A model generated the notes under the pieces. It worked only from the letters and a program-made list of their open reading frames with translations, was not told where the DNA came from and searched no databases. A stretch of 64,000 nucleotides of DNA from Terriglobales bacterium (lineage in GTDB: Bacteria; Acidobacteriota; Terriglobia; Terriglobales; Acidobacteriaceae): contig CAVOWN010000015.1 of the NCBI GenBank assembly GCA_963700175.1, positions 275,475-339,474 on the forward strand, read 5' to 3'. A program made the translations under genes and the position numbers. Shown piece after piece: positions 26,730 through 36,162 of the stretch (positions are counted from its first letter, which is position 1; each line of letters starts with the position of its first letter).

Positions 26730-26827
26730 ACTGGTCCCCCGATTACTCCGGTAATCCTCGGTAACCGCTCAACCGTTGCAGAAACTCACCGCAACGGGCA
26801 GGGTTATAACCTTAGGGAGAAAGTGCC

Positions 26828-27622
26828 ATGACAAAACATCTTTTAGCTGCCGCGCTGTTAGCTGTTTGCCCGTTCGTCTTTGCGCAACAATCGAAACCGC
26901 AGAGCGATATGTCGAACATGGATATGTCGGGCCAAGCCGCGTCCAATGCAAAGCCCTCTGACATGCACGACATGCCAGGAATGAACGATGGCACCGCGCA
27001 TGCCATGCAATCCATGGAAAGCCGCCATATGGACATGGGCGCGCACATGAAGATGACCACTTTGCGCGGTCCTCAACCCGGCGATCAGCAAAAGGCGGAC
27101 CAAGTTGTCGCCGCGGCAAAAAAGGCTGCGGCGAAATATACGGATTACAAAGTCGCACTCGCGGACGGCTACAAAATTTTCATGCCGAATGTTCCCCAAA
27201 AACAGTATCACTTCACCAATTACGCCTATGCCTTCGAGGCGCGCCTGCGTTTCAATCCCGAGCATCCCACATCCTTGCTTTATCAAAAGCAAGGTGACGG
27301 CTACATACTCATCGGCGTCATGTATACAGCGCAGAAAGATGCGAGCGAAGACGAACTGAATTCGCGTGTCCCGCTGAGCATCGCGCAATGGCATGCCCAC
27401 GTGAACTTGTGTTTACCTCCAGCGGAGAAAAGGGGGGAGATGCGAACGGAGCATCCGCAGTTCGGCTTACACGGATCGATTGTGACCAAAGAACAGTGCG
27501 ACGCTGCCGGGGGCAGGTTTATGCCGCAGATCTTCGGATGGATGGTCCATGTCTATCCCTTCGAACAGAAGCCGGAGGACATTTGGTCGGTGGAGCGGCA
27601 GGGCGAGAAGCACATGGATTAA
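26828..27622 (+). CDS. secreted protein with Met/His-rich N-terminal region (putative metal-binding), otherwise unknown
   Basis: The signal peptide is MTKHLLAAALLAVCPFVFAQQ. A 57-residue stretch follows with 12 Met and 4 His (DMSNMDMSG...DMHDMPGM...HAMQSMESRHMDMGAHMKM). Confidence 0.6.
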   Translation: MTKHLLAAALLAVCPFVFAQQSKPQSDMSNMDMSGQAASNAKPSDMHDMPGMNDGTAHAMQSMESRHMDMGAHMKMTTLRGPQPGDQQKADQVVAAAKKAAAKYTDYKVALADGYKIFMPNVPQKQYHFTNYAYAFEARLRFNPEHPTSLLYQKQGDGYILIGVMYTAQKDASEDELNSRVPLSIAQWHAHVNLCLPPAEKRGEMRTEHPQFGLHGSIVTKEQCDAAGGRFMPQIFGWMVHVYPFEQKPEDIWSVERQGEKHMD

Positions 27623-29001
27623 TGAGTCTGAGTAGAAGCCGCCTGGATTGCGCCGGCCAACTCTCCGACAGCCCATTGGATCTGTTCTCGGGTGATAACT
27701 GCAGGCGGAGCAATCAAAATATGGTCCCCCGCGGTCCCGTCCGCACACCCCTGCATGGGATAGACCAGCAAGCCGCGCTCGGTTGCCGCCTGCGCAACAC
27801 TCCCCGCAAAATTGCTCTCTGAAGCAAATGGTTGACTGCTTTTCTTGTCGGCGACGAATTCGACCGCCCACAGTAATCCGATTCCGCGCACATCGCCAAC
27901 CGCTGCAAGGTCTTTTAGAGAGCGGAGTGAATCACGCAGTTCGAAGGCCGGGGAGCCGTTCATTTCAGAATCGGCTGCCCGCACCAGATTTCGGTGTTGC
28001 ACATATCGAAGCACTGCGCGCCCCGCCGCCACGGAGATGGGATGGGAGTTGTAAGTGAAGCCATGGAGAAACGCTCCCGAACCTTCGGCAATCGCATCTG
28101 CAACTTTCTTCGTAACGATGACGGCGCCTAACGGGGCGTATCCGCTGGAGAGTCCCTTGGCGGTCACCAGAATATCCGGCGCGACCTCCCAATGCTCGAC
28201 GGCGAAGTTGCGCCCGGTGCGCCCCATACCGGTCATCACTTCGTCGGCAATCAGCAGGACGTCATTTCGACGGCAGATGCCGGAAATGCTGTGCAAATAT
28301 CCCGGGGGTGGCACTACCGCGCCAAGCGTCGCGCCACTGACCGGTTCGACGATGAAGGCAGCGGTTTCGCCATTTGAGGCGCGGATGGCCATTTCCAATT
28401 CGGTTGCATATTCCTGGCCGCAGATACGGCAACCATCCGTACAGTCGTAAGCGCAGCGGTAGCAGTTCGGAAATCCGACATGGGTGGATTTTCCGACCAT
28501 TGGCAGGTACATTTCTCTGCGGCGCTTATTTCCTGAAACCGCTAACGCACCGAGAGTTGAGCCATGGTAACTCTGGCCCCGGCTGATGACATGATGGCGC
28601 GCAGGGTGGCCAATCTCCACCTGATATTGGCGCGCCAGCTTTAACGCAGTCTCAATGGCTTCGGACCCTCCGCAAGTGAAGTACACGCAACCACCCGCGA
28701 AGTTGCTTCCTGCAAAGCTCAGCAATTCTTCCGCAAACTCTTCCGCAACCGGCGTGGTGAACTGGCTGCTATGGACAAATTCAAGATTCCGCGCCTGTTC
28801 TGCCATTGCCGATCCGATTTCAGTCACGCCGTGACCAATGAAGTTGACTGCCGCGGAGCCCGAGAAATCCAGGTACTGCTTGCCGTGGGCGTCCCAGAGG
28901 TAGACACCCTCGCCGCGGACGGCGGGCGGGAAAGTCTTGCGAAATGAGCGACGCATGAGGGCGGAACGAGCGGAAGACGACGCAGGACGGAACCCAGACA
29001 C
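27619..29001 (-). CDS. class III pyridoxal-phosphate-dependent aminotransferase (omega-aminotransferase-like)
   Basis: It has a class III fold with LIADEVMTGMGRTG and the Schiff-base Lys in DILVTAKGLSSGY. The length is 460 aa. Confidence 0.85.
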   Translation of the reverse strand: MSGFRPASSSARSALMRRSFRKTFPPAVRGEGVYLWDAHGKQYLDFSGSAAVNFIGHGVTEIGSAMAEQARNLEFVHSSQFTTPVAEEFAEELLSFAGSNFAGGCVYFTCGGSEAIETALKLARQYQVEIGHPARHHVISRGQSYHGSTLGALAVSGNKRRREMYLPMVGKSTHVGFPNCYRCAYDCTDGCRICGQEYATELEMAIRASNGETAAFIVEPVSGATLGAVVPPPGYLHSISGICRRNDVLLIADEVMTGMGRTGRNFAVEHWEVAPDILVTAKGLSSGYAPLGAVIVTKKVADAIAEGSGAFLHGFTYNSHPISVAAGRAVLRYVQHRNLVRAADSEMNGSPAFELRDSLRSLKDLAAVGDVRGIGLLWAVEFVADKKSSQPFASESNFAGSVAQAATERGLLVYPMQGCADGTAGDHILIAPPAVITREQIQWAVGELAGAIQAASTQTH

Positions 29002-29110
29002 GACTCGGATTATCCGGCGCGAAGCAGTGTGCTGTCAAAACGCATGGCTAGCCGCGGTGAACCATTGCGTCTAACCAACCGCCACAAGCTTCCGTGTAAA
29101 ATCGCGCTGG

Positions 29111-30760
29111 ATGCCGAATCCCGATACGCCCGCCGCCAGTCCGCGTGGCAACTTCTTGCGTCTACTGCGACCCTCTCACCAGCACAGCGCTTTTTCTGCG
29201 ACTGTGCTGCTGATGACGGCGGTCATGCTGTCGCGGATCATCGGCTATGTTCGCGAAGCTTACATCGCGTGGGCATTTGGCGCGGGGCCCCAGACCGACG
29301 CGTACGTTGCTGGTTTTACGATCCCCGATTGGCTGAATTACATCGTTGCCGGAGGGACGGCTTCGATCACTTTTGTATCCATCTATACGCGCTTTCTCGC
29401 CGCGGGGAAAGAAGAGGACGCGCAGAAGACATTTTCTGTGATTATCACCGTCATGACGGTGATGCTCACTTTCGGCGTACTGATCGCCGAGATCTTCACG
29501 CCGCAGATGACACGCTATTTTTTTAACGGATTCAGCGCACAGCAGGTCGACCTTTGCGTGCACCTTACGCGGATCCTTCTTCCCGCGCAGATTTTCTTTT
29601 ATGTGGGCGGGGTGGTTTCAGCAGTGCTGTTGTCGCGACGGCTGTTTCTGTTTCCAGCCTTTGGTCCCTTGCTCTACAACGCCTTCATCATTCTCGGCGG
29701 AATCGTTCTTTCTCACAGGCTGGGAATCGCTTCCCTGGCATACGGCGCGCTGATCGGGAGCATGGTTGGACCTTTTCTGATCAATGCGATCGGCGCTGCG
29801 AAGATTGGGACCGGCTATCGGCCGTCTTTCGATGTCCGCAATCCAGCATTTCGCGAATGGGTCCGGCTGTCGATTCCATTGATGCTTGGGGTTTCGCTGG
29901 TTACCGCCGACGACTGGATTCTTCGCCACTTTGCATCGAACGGCGTGGGAGAGATCACACGGCTGAACTATGCGAAAAGATTGTTCGCGGTTCCCATGGC
30001 GGTACTGGGGCAAGCCGCAGGTCAGGCTTCCCTGCCATTTTTCGCCCGCCTGTTCGGCGAAAAGCGCATGCGCGAATTTTCCGGTGTGGTCAGCGCTTCG
30101 ATTTTTCGCATCAGCGCTACCTCACTGCTGGCCAGCAGCCTGATGATGATCACCGCCTTGCCACTTATCGATCTGGTGTATCGGCGGGGCCGCTTCCACT
30201 TTTACGACTCACAAGCGACGGCGATTTATTTTTTCTGGTTTTCTATTTCCCTCGCCTTCTGGGCTGCACAAGCCTTGTATGCGCGCGCTTTCTATGCGGC
30301 CGGCAACACGCTCACTCCTATGATTGCCAGCAGCATCGTTACGCTTGCGTCTTTGCCCATGTACGCGGCGTTGTATCGAAGCTTTTCTACGGTTGGCCTC
30401 GCCATGGCCTCAGACCTCGGAATCATCGCTAACACCTTGGCATTGGCCATCCTGCTGCATTATCGAAAATTAGTTCCACTGAATGAACTCCCGTGGAACG
30501 AACTCGGCAAGGTTGGAATAAGCGCGGTTGTCGCGGGAGTAGTCGGGTATCGGGTTGCGCGCTTGGTCACTCCCGGAGACCGCATCGCCGATCTGGAAAC
30601 CATTGGTCTTGCCACCGTTACCTGGGGAGCAACCGCTGCGCTCGGACTATGGCTGACCCGCTCCCAACTTGCGCAGGAGTTACGCAGGCGGAAAGGGACA
30701 ACCTATCCCCGAGTAGCGGAAAAGCAGGCCGAAGACGTTAGCCGAGGAATTGAGCCTTAA
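29111..30760 (+). CDS. murJ: lipid II flippase MurJ (MviN family)
   Basis: The N-terminus LLMTAVMLSRIIGYVREAYIAWAFGAG...TDAY is typical of MurJ. It has about 14 hydrophobic segments and is 549 aa long. Confidence 0.85.
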   Translation: MPNPDTPAASPRGNFLRLLRPSHQHSAFSATVLLMTAVMLSRIIGYVREAYIAWAFGAGPQTDAYVAGFTIPDWLNYIVAGGTASITFVSIYTRFLAAGKEEDAQKTFSVIITVMTVMLTFGVLIAEIFTPQMTRYFFNGFSAQQVDLCVHLTRILLPAQIFFYVGGVVSAVLLSRRLFLFPAFGPLLYNAFIILGGIVLSHRLGIASLAYGALIGSMVGPFLINAIGAAKIGTGYRPSFDVRNPAFREWVRLSIPLMLGVSLVTADDWILRHFASNGVGEITRLNYAKRLFAVPMAVLGQAAGQASLPFFARLFGEKRMREFSGVVSASIFRISATSLLASSLMMITALPLIDLVYRRGRFHFYDSQATAIYFFWFSISLAFWAAQALYARAFYAAGNTLTPMIASSIVTLASLPMYAALYRSFSTVGLAMASDLGIIANTLALAILLHYRKLVPLNELPWNELGKVGISAVVAGVVGYRVARLVTPGDRIADLETIGLATVTWGATAALGLWLTRSQLAQELRRRKGTTYPRVAEKQAEDVSRGIEP

Positions 30761-30863
30761 GAGTTTTGCGGTTTCGGGTCCTATCGCGGAGTGTCCTTCA
30801 ACAGACAAAAATTGAACTGTTGGATGGCCCGATAGCACTTACAAGCAGACTTATCCTCGGAAT

Positions 30864-31679
30864 TTACTTCAGCCCCAATCCGCCATTGAGGTTCTGCACT
30901 ACGTCGTAGCATTCGCAGGCCGAGGCTTCGAGTTGTTTGCGGTTTACGATTTTGATTGTCCCGCGCTGATTCTCAATTGCCCCCGCTCGCTCCAAAGCGC
31001 CGACAGCAATGCTGACCGTGGGACGGCCACTGCCCAACATCTGGGCCAGGAATTCATGGGTTAGCCCCAAACTCGCCGAGTCGACCCTGTCCTGGCACAT
31101 GAGGAGCCAGCGCGCCAGGCGCTCTTCAATCTCATGCAGCCGATTGCAGGCCGCGATTTGCCCGACCTGGAGCCCATGCAGCAGGGTGTAACGGCTCAAT
31201 TCCTGCCGCAGTACGGGAGCGATACTCAAAGACTCTTCCAATACTTCAGAACGAATTCTCATTCCTTGTCCGCTAATCTGCATAATGGCCCGGAAGGTGC
31301 CACGCTGCAAACCAACCGCTAAGGGAGCTCCAACCATGCCTTCGCGGCCCACCAACCCAACTTCGACACTGCGACCGTCACCGGTAAGAACCACGAGCGA
31401 AGTCATGCCGTCATTGGGAAAGTACGCGTATTGAATCCGCTCCCCGGGCTCGTGCAGGATCAATTGTCGAGGCAGGTCGACCGCGTCAAGCTCGGGCCGC
31501 AACAAGTTGTATTCCTGATCCGGTAAGGACAAAAGGATCACATTCTTGACTGCGCCTCCGGTGATATCGGTGCGAGCGCCGGGTGGTAGTGCCGCCGGTT
31601 TGGACAATTTAGGCGTTCTATTAACGGCAAGGTTAACGTCGGCGATCCCCATGAGCGAAGCCTCCCCAAATGAAGCCAC
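30864..31679 (-). CDS. Crp/Fnr family transcriptional regulator
   Basis: It has a cNMP-binding-like beta-barrel followed by a C-terminal HTH (THEFLAQMLGSGRPTVSIAVGALERAGAI). The start may be the internal Met in MGIADV. Confidence 0.8.
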   Translation of the reverse strand: MASFGEASLMGIADVNLAVNRTPKLSKPAALPPGARTDITGGAVKNVILLSLPDQEYNLLRPELDAVDLPRQLILHEPGERIQYAYFPNDGMTSLVVLTGDGRSVEVGLVGREGMVGAPLAVGLQRGTFRAIMQISGQGMRIRSEVLEESLSIAPVLRQELSRYTLLHGLQVGQIAACNRLHEIEERLARWLLMCQDRVDSASLGLTHEFLAQMLGSGRPTVSIAVGALERAGAIENQRGTIKIVNRKQLEASACECYDVVQNLNGGLGLK

Positions 31680-31832
31680 TCAAAAGATGTCAGACGAGGG
31701 AAGTCGGTTGGCGTAAAGAGGCAGAGGAGCTCAATTTATTGGGCAAAACGGCAGAAACTGATGTGAGACCAAGTATTGAAAGCGGGACTCGGTGGATGGG
31801 CGAGTCCCGCCTACGTGAAAGTCCGTCCAAAG

Positions 31833-32366
31833 CTAGGCGCGAGCGGCCGCAACTTCGGGCGTGACCGTCGCTGGGCTTGTCTTCACTTCTTCGCCATTGG
31901 GCTTCTGACCACCCTTGCGGATGTCGATGCCGCCCTTGAAGAAGGCGCCGTCTTCGATGGAAATGCGCGCAGCTACGACATCTCCGGTCAAAGAGCCGTC
32001 ACTGCGAATGTCAACCCGGTCGCTCGCCGTCAAGTTCCCGCGGACCTTCCCGAGAACCACGATTTCACGGGCATTGATGTTGGCCGAAACTACGCCATTG
32101 CGCCCGACAGTGACGCGGTTTCCCGCCAGATTGATCGAGCCTTCCACGCGGCCGTCGATATAGAGCGATTCCGACCCGGTTACTTCGCCCTTAATGACCA
32201 ACGACTTTCCGATGGTGGCTTGGTCTGCCGTGCTGGTCGGTGCGGCGGTAGGGCGCGGCGTGGTGCTCAACTCTGGGGTCGATGTCACCGGGGTAGGCAT
32301 TGCGGGACGCTCCGGCTCATTGGGCCGGGTAGGAGTCGTCGAAGGCTGATTTGTGGGTTTCCACAT
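31833..32366 (-). CDS. bactofilin family cytoskeletal protein
   Basis: The bactofilin (DUF583) beta-helix repeats read IKGEVTGSESLYIDGRVEGSINLAGNRVTVGRNGVVSANINAREIVVLGKVRGNL...GDVVAARISIEDGAFFKGGIDI. A Pro/Thr-rich N-terminal tail precedes them. Confidence 0.85.
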   Translation of the reverse strand: MWKPTNQPSTTPTRPNEPERPAMPTPVTSTPELSTTPRPTAAPTSTADQATIGKSLVIKGEVTGSESLYIDGRVEGSINLAGNRVTVGRNGVVSANINAREIVVLGKVRGNLTASDRVDIRSDGSLTGDVVAARISIEDGAFFKGGIDIRKGGQKPNGEEVKTSPATVTPEVAAARA

Positions 32367-32606
32367 GAGGCAAAAGTCCTTTCCTGTACAACTGGATTAA
32401 GGGTCGACCCGCATTTCGGTGACCAAACGCATTCTACTCCGCACCGAGGCGCAAGTCTTGTGGAAATTGCGTTGATTCTGTGGTTTCCCCAGTGTGGTTC
32501 GAACTTCTTGCGCGGTGCCACGGCCGACTCAATCGTGTAAATAGCTCACGAGGGGAGAAGTTTTGAACCGTGTTTTCTAGCTGTTTCCCCGACCTACCTA
32601 GCTCGA

Positions 32607-33452
32607 CTAGAACAGGGCCGTGGGACGCCGTTTCCAAGGCTTGCCCTTTTCCTGGGAGACTTTCTCCATGTCTGCGACGTAAGCGCCAGCCTGGGTCAAA
32701 ACGTGGTGCAAGTCGTTGCCCACGCTGATGAAGGTGAATCCCTTTTCGAGGAATTCGCCGACACGGGCGGTGCCGAACAGGAAGAGCCCGAGAATGACGT
32801 TGTTCTTGCGGGCGTGGTCGATCAACTTCTTGGTGGCGGCGTCAAGTTCGGGCGAGGTGTACATGTGAGGGAACTCGTATTTGTTGTAGAGGCCCATCGA
32901 CATGCAGAGATCGTTCTGGCCGAGGAAGAGAATGTCGACGCCGGGTACGGCGGCGATTTCGGCGATATTTTCGATGCAGGACGCAGTCTCGACCTGCAGC
33001 GCGACGATGCCGTCGTTGTTATAGTTGCCGGCATACCCGAGCAATCCCGCTTTGTTCATGCTGCGTTGGGGAAAATAGACCGAGCGCGTGCCGACGGTCG
33101 GATATTTCGTGCAACTGACGGCTTGAAGTGCCTCTTCGGCGGTGTTGATGTACGGGACGAGAATGCCGTCGGCGCCGAGATCGAGCGCCTGCTGGATGCC
33201 GGGACGGTCATCGTATCCGCCAACGCGGACGAGGGACTTGGCGCCTCCATTGGCAATGCCGCTCAGCATGGCCGACAGTTTTTCAAAATTCATGGGCCCG
33301 TGCTGCGTGTCGACTAGCAGCCAGTCATAACCGCTGTGGGCGAGTTGCTCGGCGACGGTCGGGCTGTGTGCGTTAAGGAACAGGCCCATCTTCGGGCTTC
33401 CGGCACGCAGTTGTTTCTTGAACTCGGCGCCACAGAGGGCGGTTTCGGGCAT
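32607..33452 (-). CDS. HpcH/HpaI family aldolase (2-keto-3-deoxy-acid aldolase-like)
   Basis: It looks like a TIM-barrel aldolase of the HpcH family (WLLVDTQHGP, LVRVGGYD, ILVPYINTAEEA, ALQVET). The length is 281 aa. Confidence 0.75.
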   Translation of the reverse strand: MPETALCGAEFKKQLRAGSPKMGLFLNAHSPTVAEQLAHSGYDWLLVDTQHGPMNFEKLSAMLSGIANGGAKSLVRVGGYDDRPGIQQALDLGADGILVPYINTAEEALQAVSCTKYPTVGTRSVYFPQRSMNKAGLLGYAGNYNNDGIVALQVETASCIENIAEIAAVPGVDILFLGQNDLCMSMGLYNKYEFPHMYTSPELDAATKKLIDHARKNNVILGLFLFGTARVGEFLEKGFTFISVGNDLHHVLTQAGAYVADMEKVSQEKGKPWKRRPTALF

Positions 33453-33694
33453 GGCAAAGTTCTCCTGATTTCGATCTATGAAAGTTCCTTAGTTTAAATG
33501 AGAGGAACGGGGTTGTGCGGGCTTTTTTGGGACAGGCCACAAAGGTCCGTCAAGGACCGCGCCGGGCCGCGGCGCGAACAACAGTATCGGATTCATGAAA
33601 GCACTGCGCTAAGCAGCAGTAGTCCGCCGCTCATGCGCAGACAAGACGCTAGTTCGCGGTCTTGCCAGATTGCGGACTGGCACGGGGCCGGAGG

Positions 33695-34525
33695 TCAGGC
33701 AATGGCGAGGAAGGCCTTCATTGTGTCTTCGATCGACCGCGATTGCTGGTAGGCGCCTTCCAACGCGTCGGCATTCAAAATGAACTGGCGCATTTTTTCT
33801 GCCGGGTCTTCTCCGGCTGGTTCCCCCGTAAGTCCGCTAGGCCGGCCTTGAGCGGCCGCTACCTGTCCCTGCGCACCAAACGCCTCCATCGGTGAGACCT
33901 CGCCACTCGCCTTTTTGAGAGCGGTAATCAGTGATGCAGAGTCGTTGTCGATCCCGCTGAGCACTTTCACTCCTTTGCTGCCAACGACTACCAATCCCTG
34001 CACCTGCCCCGACTGCAGGTGGTCGGCCAGATATCGGATCAATTCCTTTCGTGCGTAAGCTTGATCGAGGAATGGAGTATTGATGGTATCGAGAGCGATC
34101 ATGGTGACGGCTCGCGGCGACTGCCCATCGGTGACTAGATTACTGAACGTCCCCGGACCGGGGGTGCGGTTTGCGGCGGGCGCGGCATTGCTTACGGTGA
34201 TCTCTTCGAAAGCGGCTATGCGCTCCGGCTTGCCATTCTCCAGGATCTTGAAATCATTCTTGCTCAGATTGTGAACATGATTGCCGGATTTATCCGTCAC
34301 TACGGCGGGTACTTGAACGAGCACCGTTTCCGACTTGAAGATAAGCCTACCTTCCTCGTCGGCATGATGAGAGTTCGAGGAGTCAATTTTGGGCATCGTG
34401 ACCGGTGGGGGTGGCGGGGGCCCGACAAAGACGTTACCACCTTGCTGGCCGATCTCCTGAGCTGCGAGGACCGGCGCGCATAATACGAGACTAAGGAACA
34501 GTGGGGCAGATAGTCCGCGATTCAT
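33695..34525 (-). CDS. VWA domain protein of the acidobacterial VWFA-related type (TIGR03436-like), secreted
   Basis: The ATG at 34525 gives the signal peptide MNRGLSAPLFLSLVLCAPVLAAQE. The segment FKSETVLVQVPAVVTDKSGNHVHNLSKNDFKILENGKPERIAAFEE is the hallmark N-domain. A VWA-like region follows (VTMIALDTINTPF...). Confidence 0.7.
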   Translation of the reverse strand: MNRGLSAPLFLSLVLCAPVLAAQEIGQQGGNVFVGPPPPPPVTMPKIDSSNSHHADEEGRLIFKSETVLVQVPAVVTDKSGNHVHNLSKNDFKILENGKPERIAAFEEITVSNAAPAANRTPGPGTFSNLVTDGQSPRAVTMIALDTINTPFLDQAYARKELIRYLADHLQSGQVQGLVVVGSKGVKVLSGIDNDSASLITALKKASGEVSPMEAFGAQGQVAAAQGRPSGLTGEPAGEDPAEKMRQFILNADALEGAYQQSRSIEDTMKAFLAIA

Positions 34526-35199
34526 CACGAATCCCCTCCTGGTCTTGGGTACTTCACCTGGCGCAACCACTTGGCGAAGAGAATCCACCAAATCAAAAAT
34601 ATGATGACATTGGGCCGGCCAGCTTCCACTCCAAATGGCATGCCCGTGGCCCACGCTGGGCCGTGGAAGCTTCCCTGGAACAAGTGGCCTTTGCCCATCA
34701 GACCGCTGCTCGGGACGCCGAAGACATACACTTCACCGTAATTCCATCCAGTGTGAAGTCCGATCGGCATCCAGAGATCGCCGGTTCGACGCAACAAAAG
34801 GCAGGCAATAAGTCCGAACCCAGCCACAGTTGTTAGGCCGAGCCAGGTCCAACCAGGATTGAAGTGGTGTACCCAGCCCATGAAAATGGAAGTTACGAAT
34901 GCGGCCGGCCAGAAACCGATGCCCGATGTCAGCGTGTACTGAAGGTAGCCGCGATAGAGAAATTCTTCGTAGATGGCCGCTATGATTACAGCCACAGCCC
35001 AGAGAAAAGCATTCGTCCAGATGGCTACGCGATGCAGTTGCAACGATCCAAATGAATAAGCTCCGGCAAGCCACAGCACAAACAGCAACACGGTCACCGA
35101 AACGAGACTTATAGCCCCTGCCTGCCAAAACTGTTTGCATAACACCCGCTGCCACGGCAGGCCGTAGTCGGCAACGCTTCGTCCCTCTATCTTTCCCAT
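34525..35199 (-). CDS. CPBP family intramembrane glutamic endopeptidase (CAAX protease / Abi family)
   Basis: It has motif 1 EEFLYRGYL and motif 2 FMGWVHHFN, with multiple TM segments. I chose the start at 35199 (MGKIEG...); the track ORF extends to 35307. The stop overlaps the VWA start by 1 nt (ATGA). Confidence 0.75.
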   Translation of the reverse strand: MGKIEGRSVADYGLPWQRVLCKQFWQAGAISLVSVTVLLFVLWLAGAYSFGSLQLHRVAIWTNAFLWAVAVIIAAIYEEFLYRGYLQYTLTSGIGFWPAAFVTSIFMGWVHHFNPGWTWLGLTTVAGFGLIACLLLRRTGDLWMPIGLHTGWNYGEVYVFGVPSSGLMGKGHLFQGSFHGPAWATGMPFGVEAGRPNVIIFLIWWILFAKWLRQVKYPRPGGDS

Positions 35200-35223
35200 G
35201 ATCTCAGAATTCCTTATGCCGAC

Positions 35224-36120
35224 ATGATGATGCTCGCCGAGCATGCAGCCAGGATGACGAAGGACGAGGCGTTCGGGCTCCACGTCGGCGAACGGGTGAA
35301 CCATCATGAGTATGGGGTGGTTGGATATTCGCTGCTGACCAGCTCAACTCTCGGCGAAGCCCTTCGAAGTCTGGTGCGATATCTGCCGATCTGGACGAAT
35401 GTCGGCGTGTTCAAATTGGAGGTCGAGGGACCGGTCGCGCATTTTCAGTGGGAATATTCGAACGCTTCACTGCCCGAGCCTCGGCACGATTGCGAGACAA
35501 CGATGGCCGCCCTGATGCGGCTCAACCGACTAACTGCTGGGCCTGCGTGGAGACCGCGAGAAGCCTGGTTTCGGCACGCAAAGCCCCGGGACACGGGCGA
35601 ACATGCGCGCATTTTTCGGGCTCCGGTACGTTTTGGAATGCCGACCAATGCACTGATTCTGGATCGCCGATTACTCGACGTGCCCTTGAAAAATGCTGAA
35701 CTTTATCCGCATTCTGCGATCACTGAAGTCGCGGAACGGTTATTAGCAAGAGCCACAGATGAGGCAAGCATTTCCCAGAGCGTCCTCAGCTTCGTAAGGC
35801 AAAGACTCAGCAGTGGAGATTTCGACCTGGACGCCGCCGCCCGGCACCTGCGTATGAGTCGGCGCACATTGCAAAGAAAGTTGAGGCAGGAGGCTTCTTC
35901 TTCCCACCGCAACCTGGTGCGGCAGGTCCGCCGGGAAATTTCGCAGCATCTACTTCTCGACACTCACATGACGGCCACGGATGCCGCGTATGCACTGGGA
36001 TACTCCGAGCCCAGCGTGTTCCACCGCGCTTTTTATAAGTGGAACGGGATGCCGCCGCGAGCGTACGGGCGTAGAGAGTTTCACGAGTTCGTGGCTCGCG
36101 CGCAACACGAAACTAGCTAG
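35224..36120 (+). CDS. AraC family transcriptional regulator (arabinose-binding-like N-domain + HTH_18)
   Basis: The C-terminal double HTH reads LRMSRRTLQRKLRQEASS...ATDAAYALGYSEPSVFHRAFYKWNGMPP. The N-terminus looks shorter than in typical family members. Confidence 0.8.
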   Translation: MMMLAEHAARMTKDEAFGLHVGERVNHHEYGVVGYSLLTSSTLGEALRSLVRYLPIWTNVGVFKLEVEGPVAHFQWEYSNASLPEPRHDCETTMAALMRLNRLTAGPAWRPREAWFRHAKPRDTGEHARIFRAPVRFGMPTNALILDRRLLDVPLKNAELYPHSAITEVAERLLARATDEASISQSVLSFVRQRLSSGDFDLDAAARHLRMSRRTLQRKLRQEASSSHRNLVRQVRREISQHLLLDTHMTATDAAYALGYSEPSVFHRAFYKWNGMPPRAYGRREFHEFVARAQHETS

Positions 36121-36162
36121 CGGTTTTGTCCAATCCAGACTTGCAGCGAACTGGTAGCCAGC

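Noticed and set aside
26773-26797. Hairpin ccgttgc-N11-gcaacgg after hemY, considered as a terminator.
   Set aside because: It has only a 7-bp stem with an 11-nt loop and no U tract. That is too weak to annotate.
32497-32505. GGTTCGAAC, reminiscent of a tRNA T-arm, in the bactofilin/aldolase spacer.
   Set aside because: No acceptor stem, anticodon arm or D-arm can be built around it. I found no tRNA, rRNA or CRISPR-like repeat array anywhere in the window.
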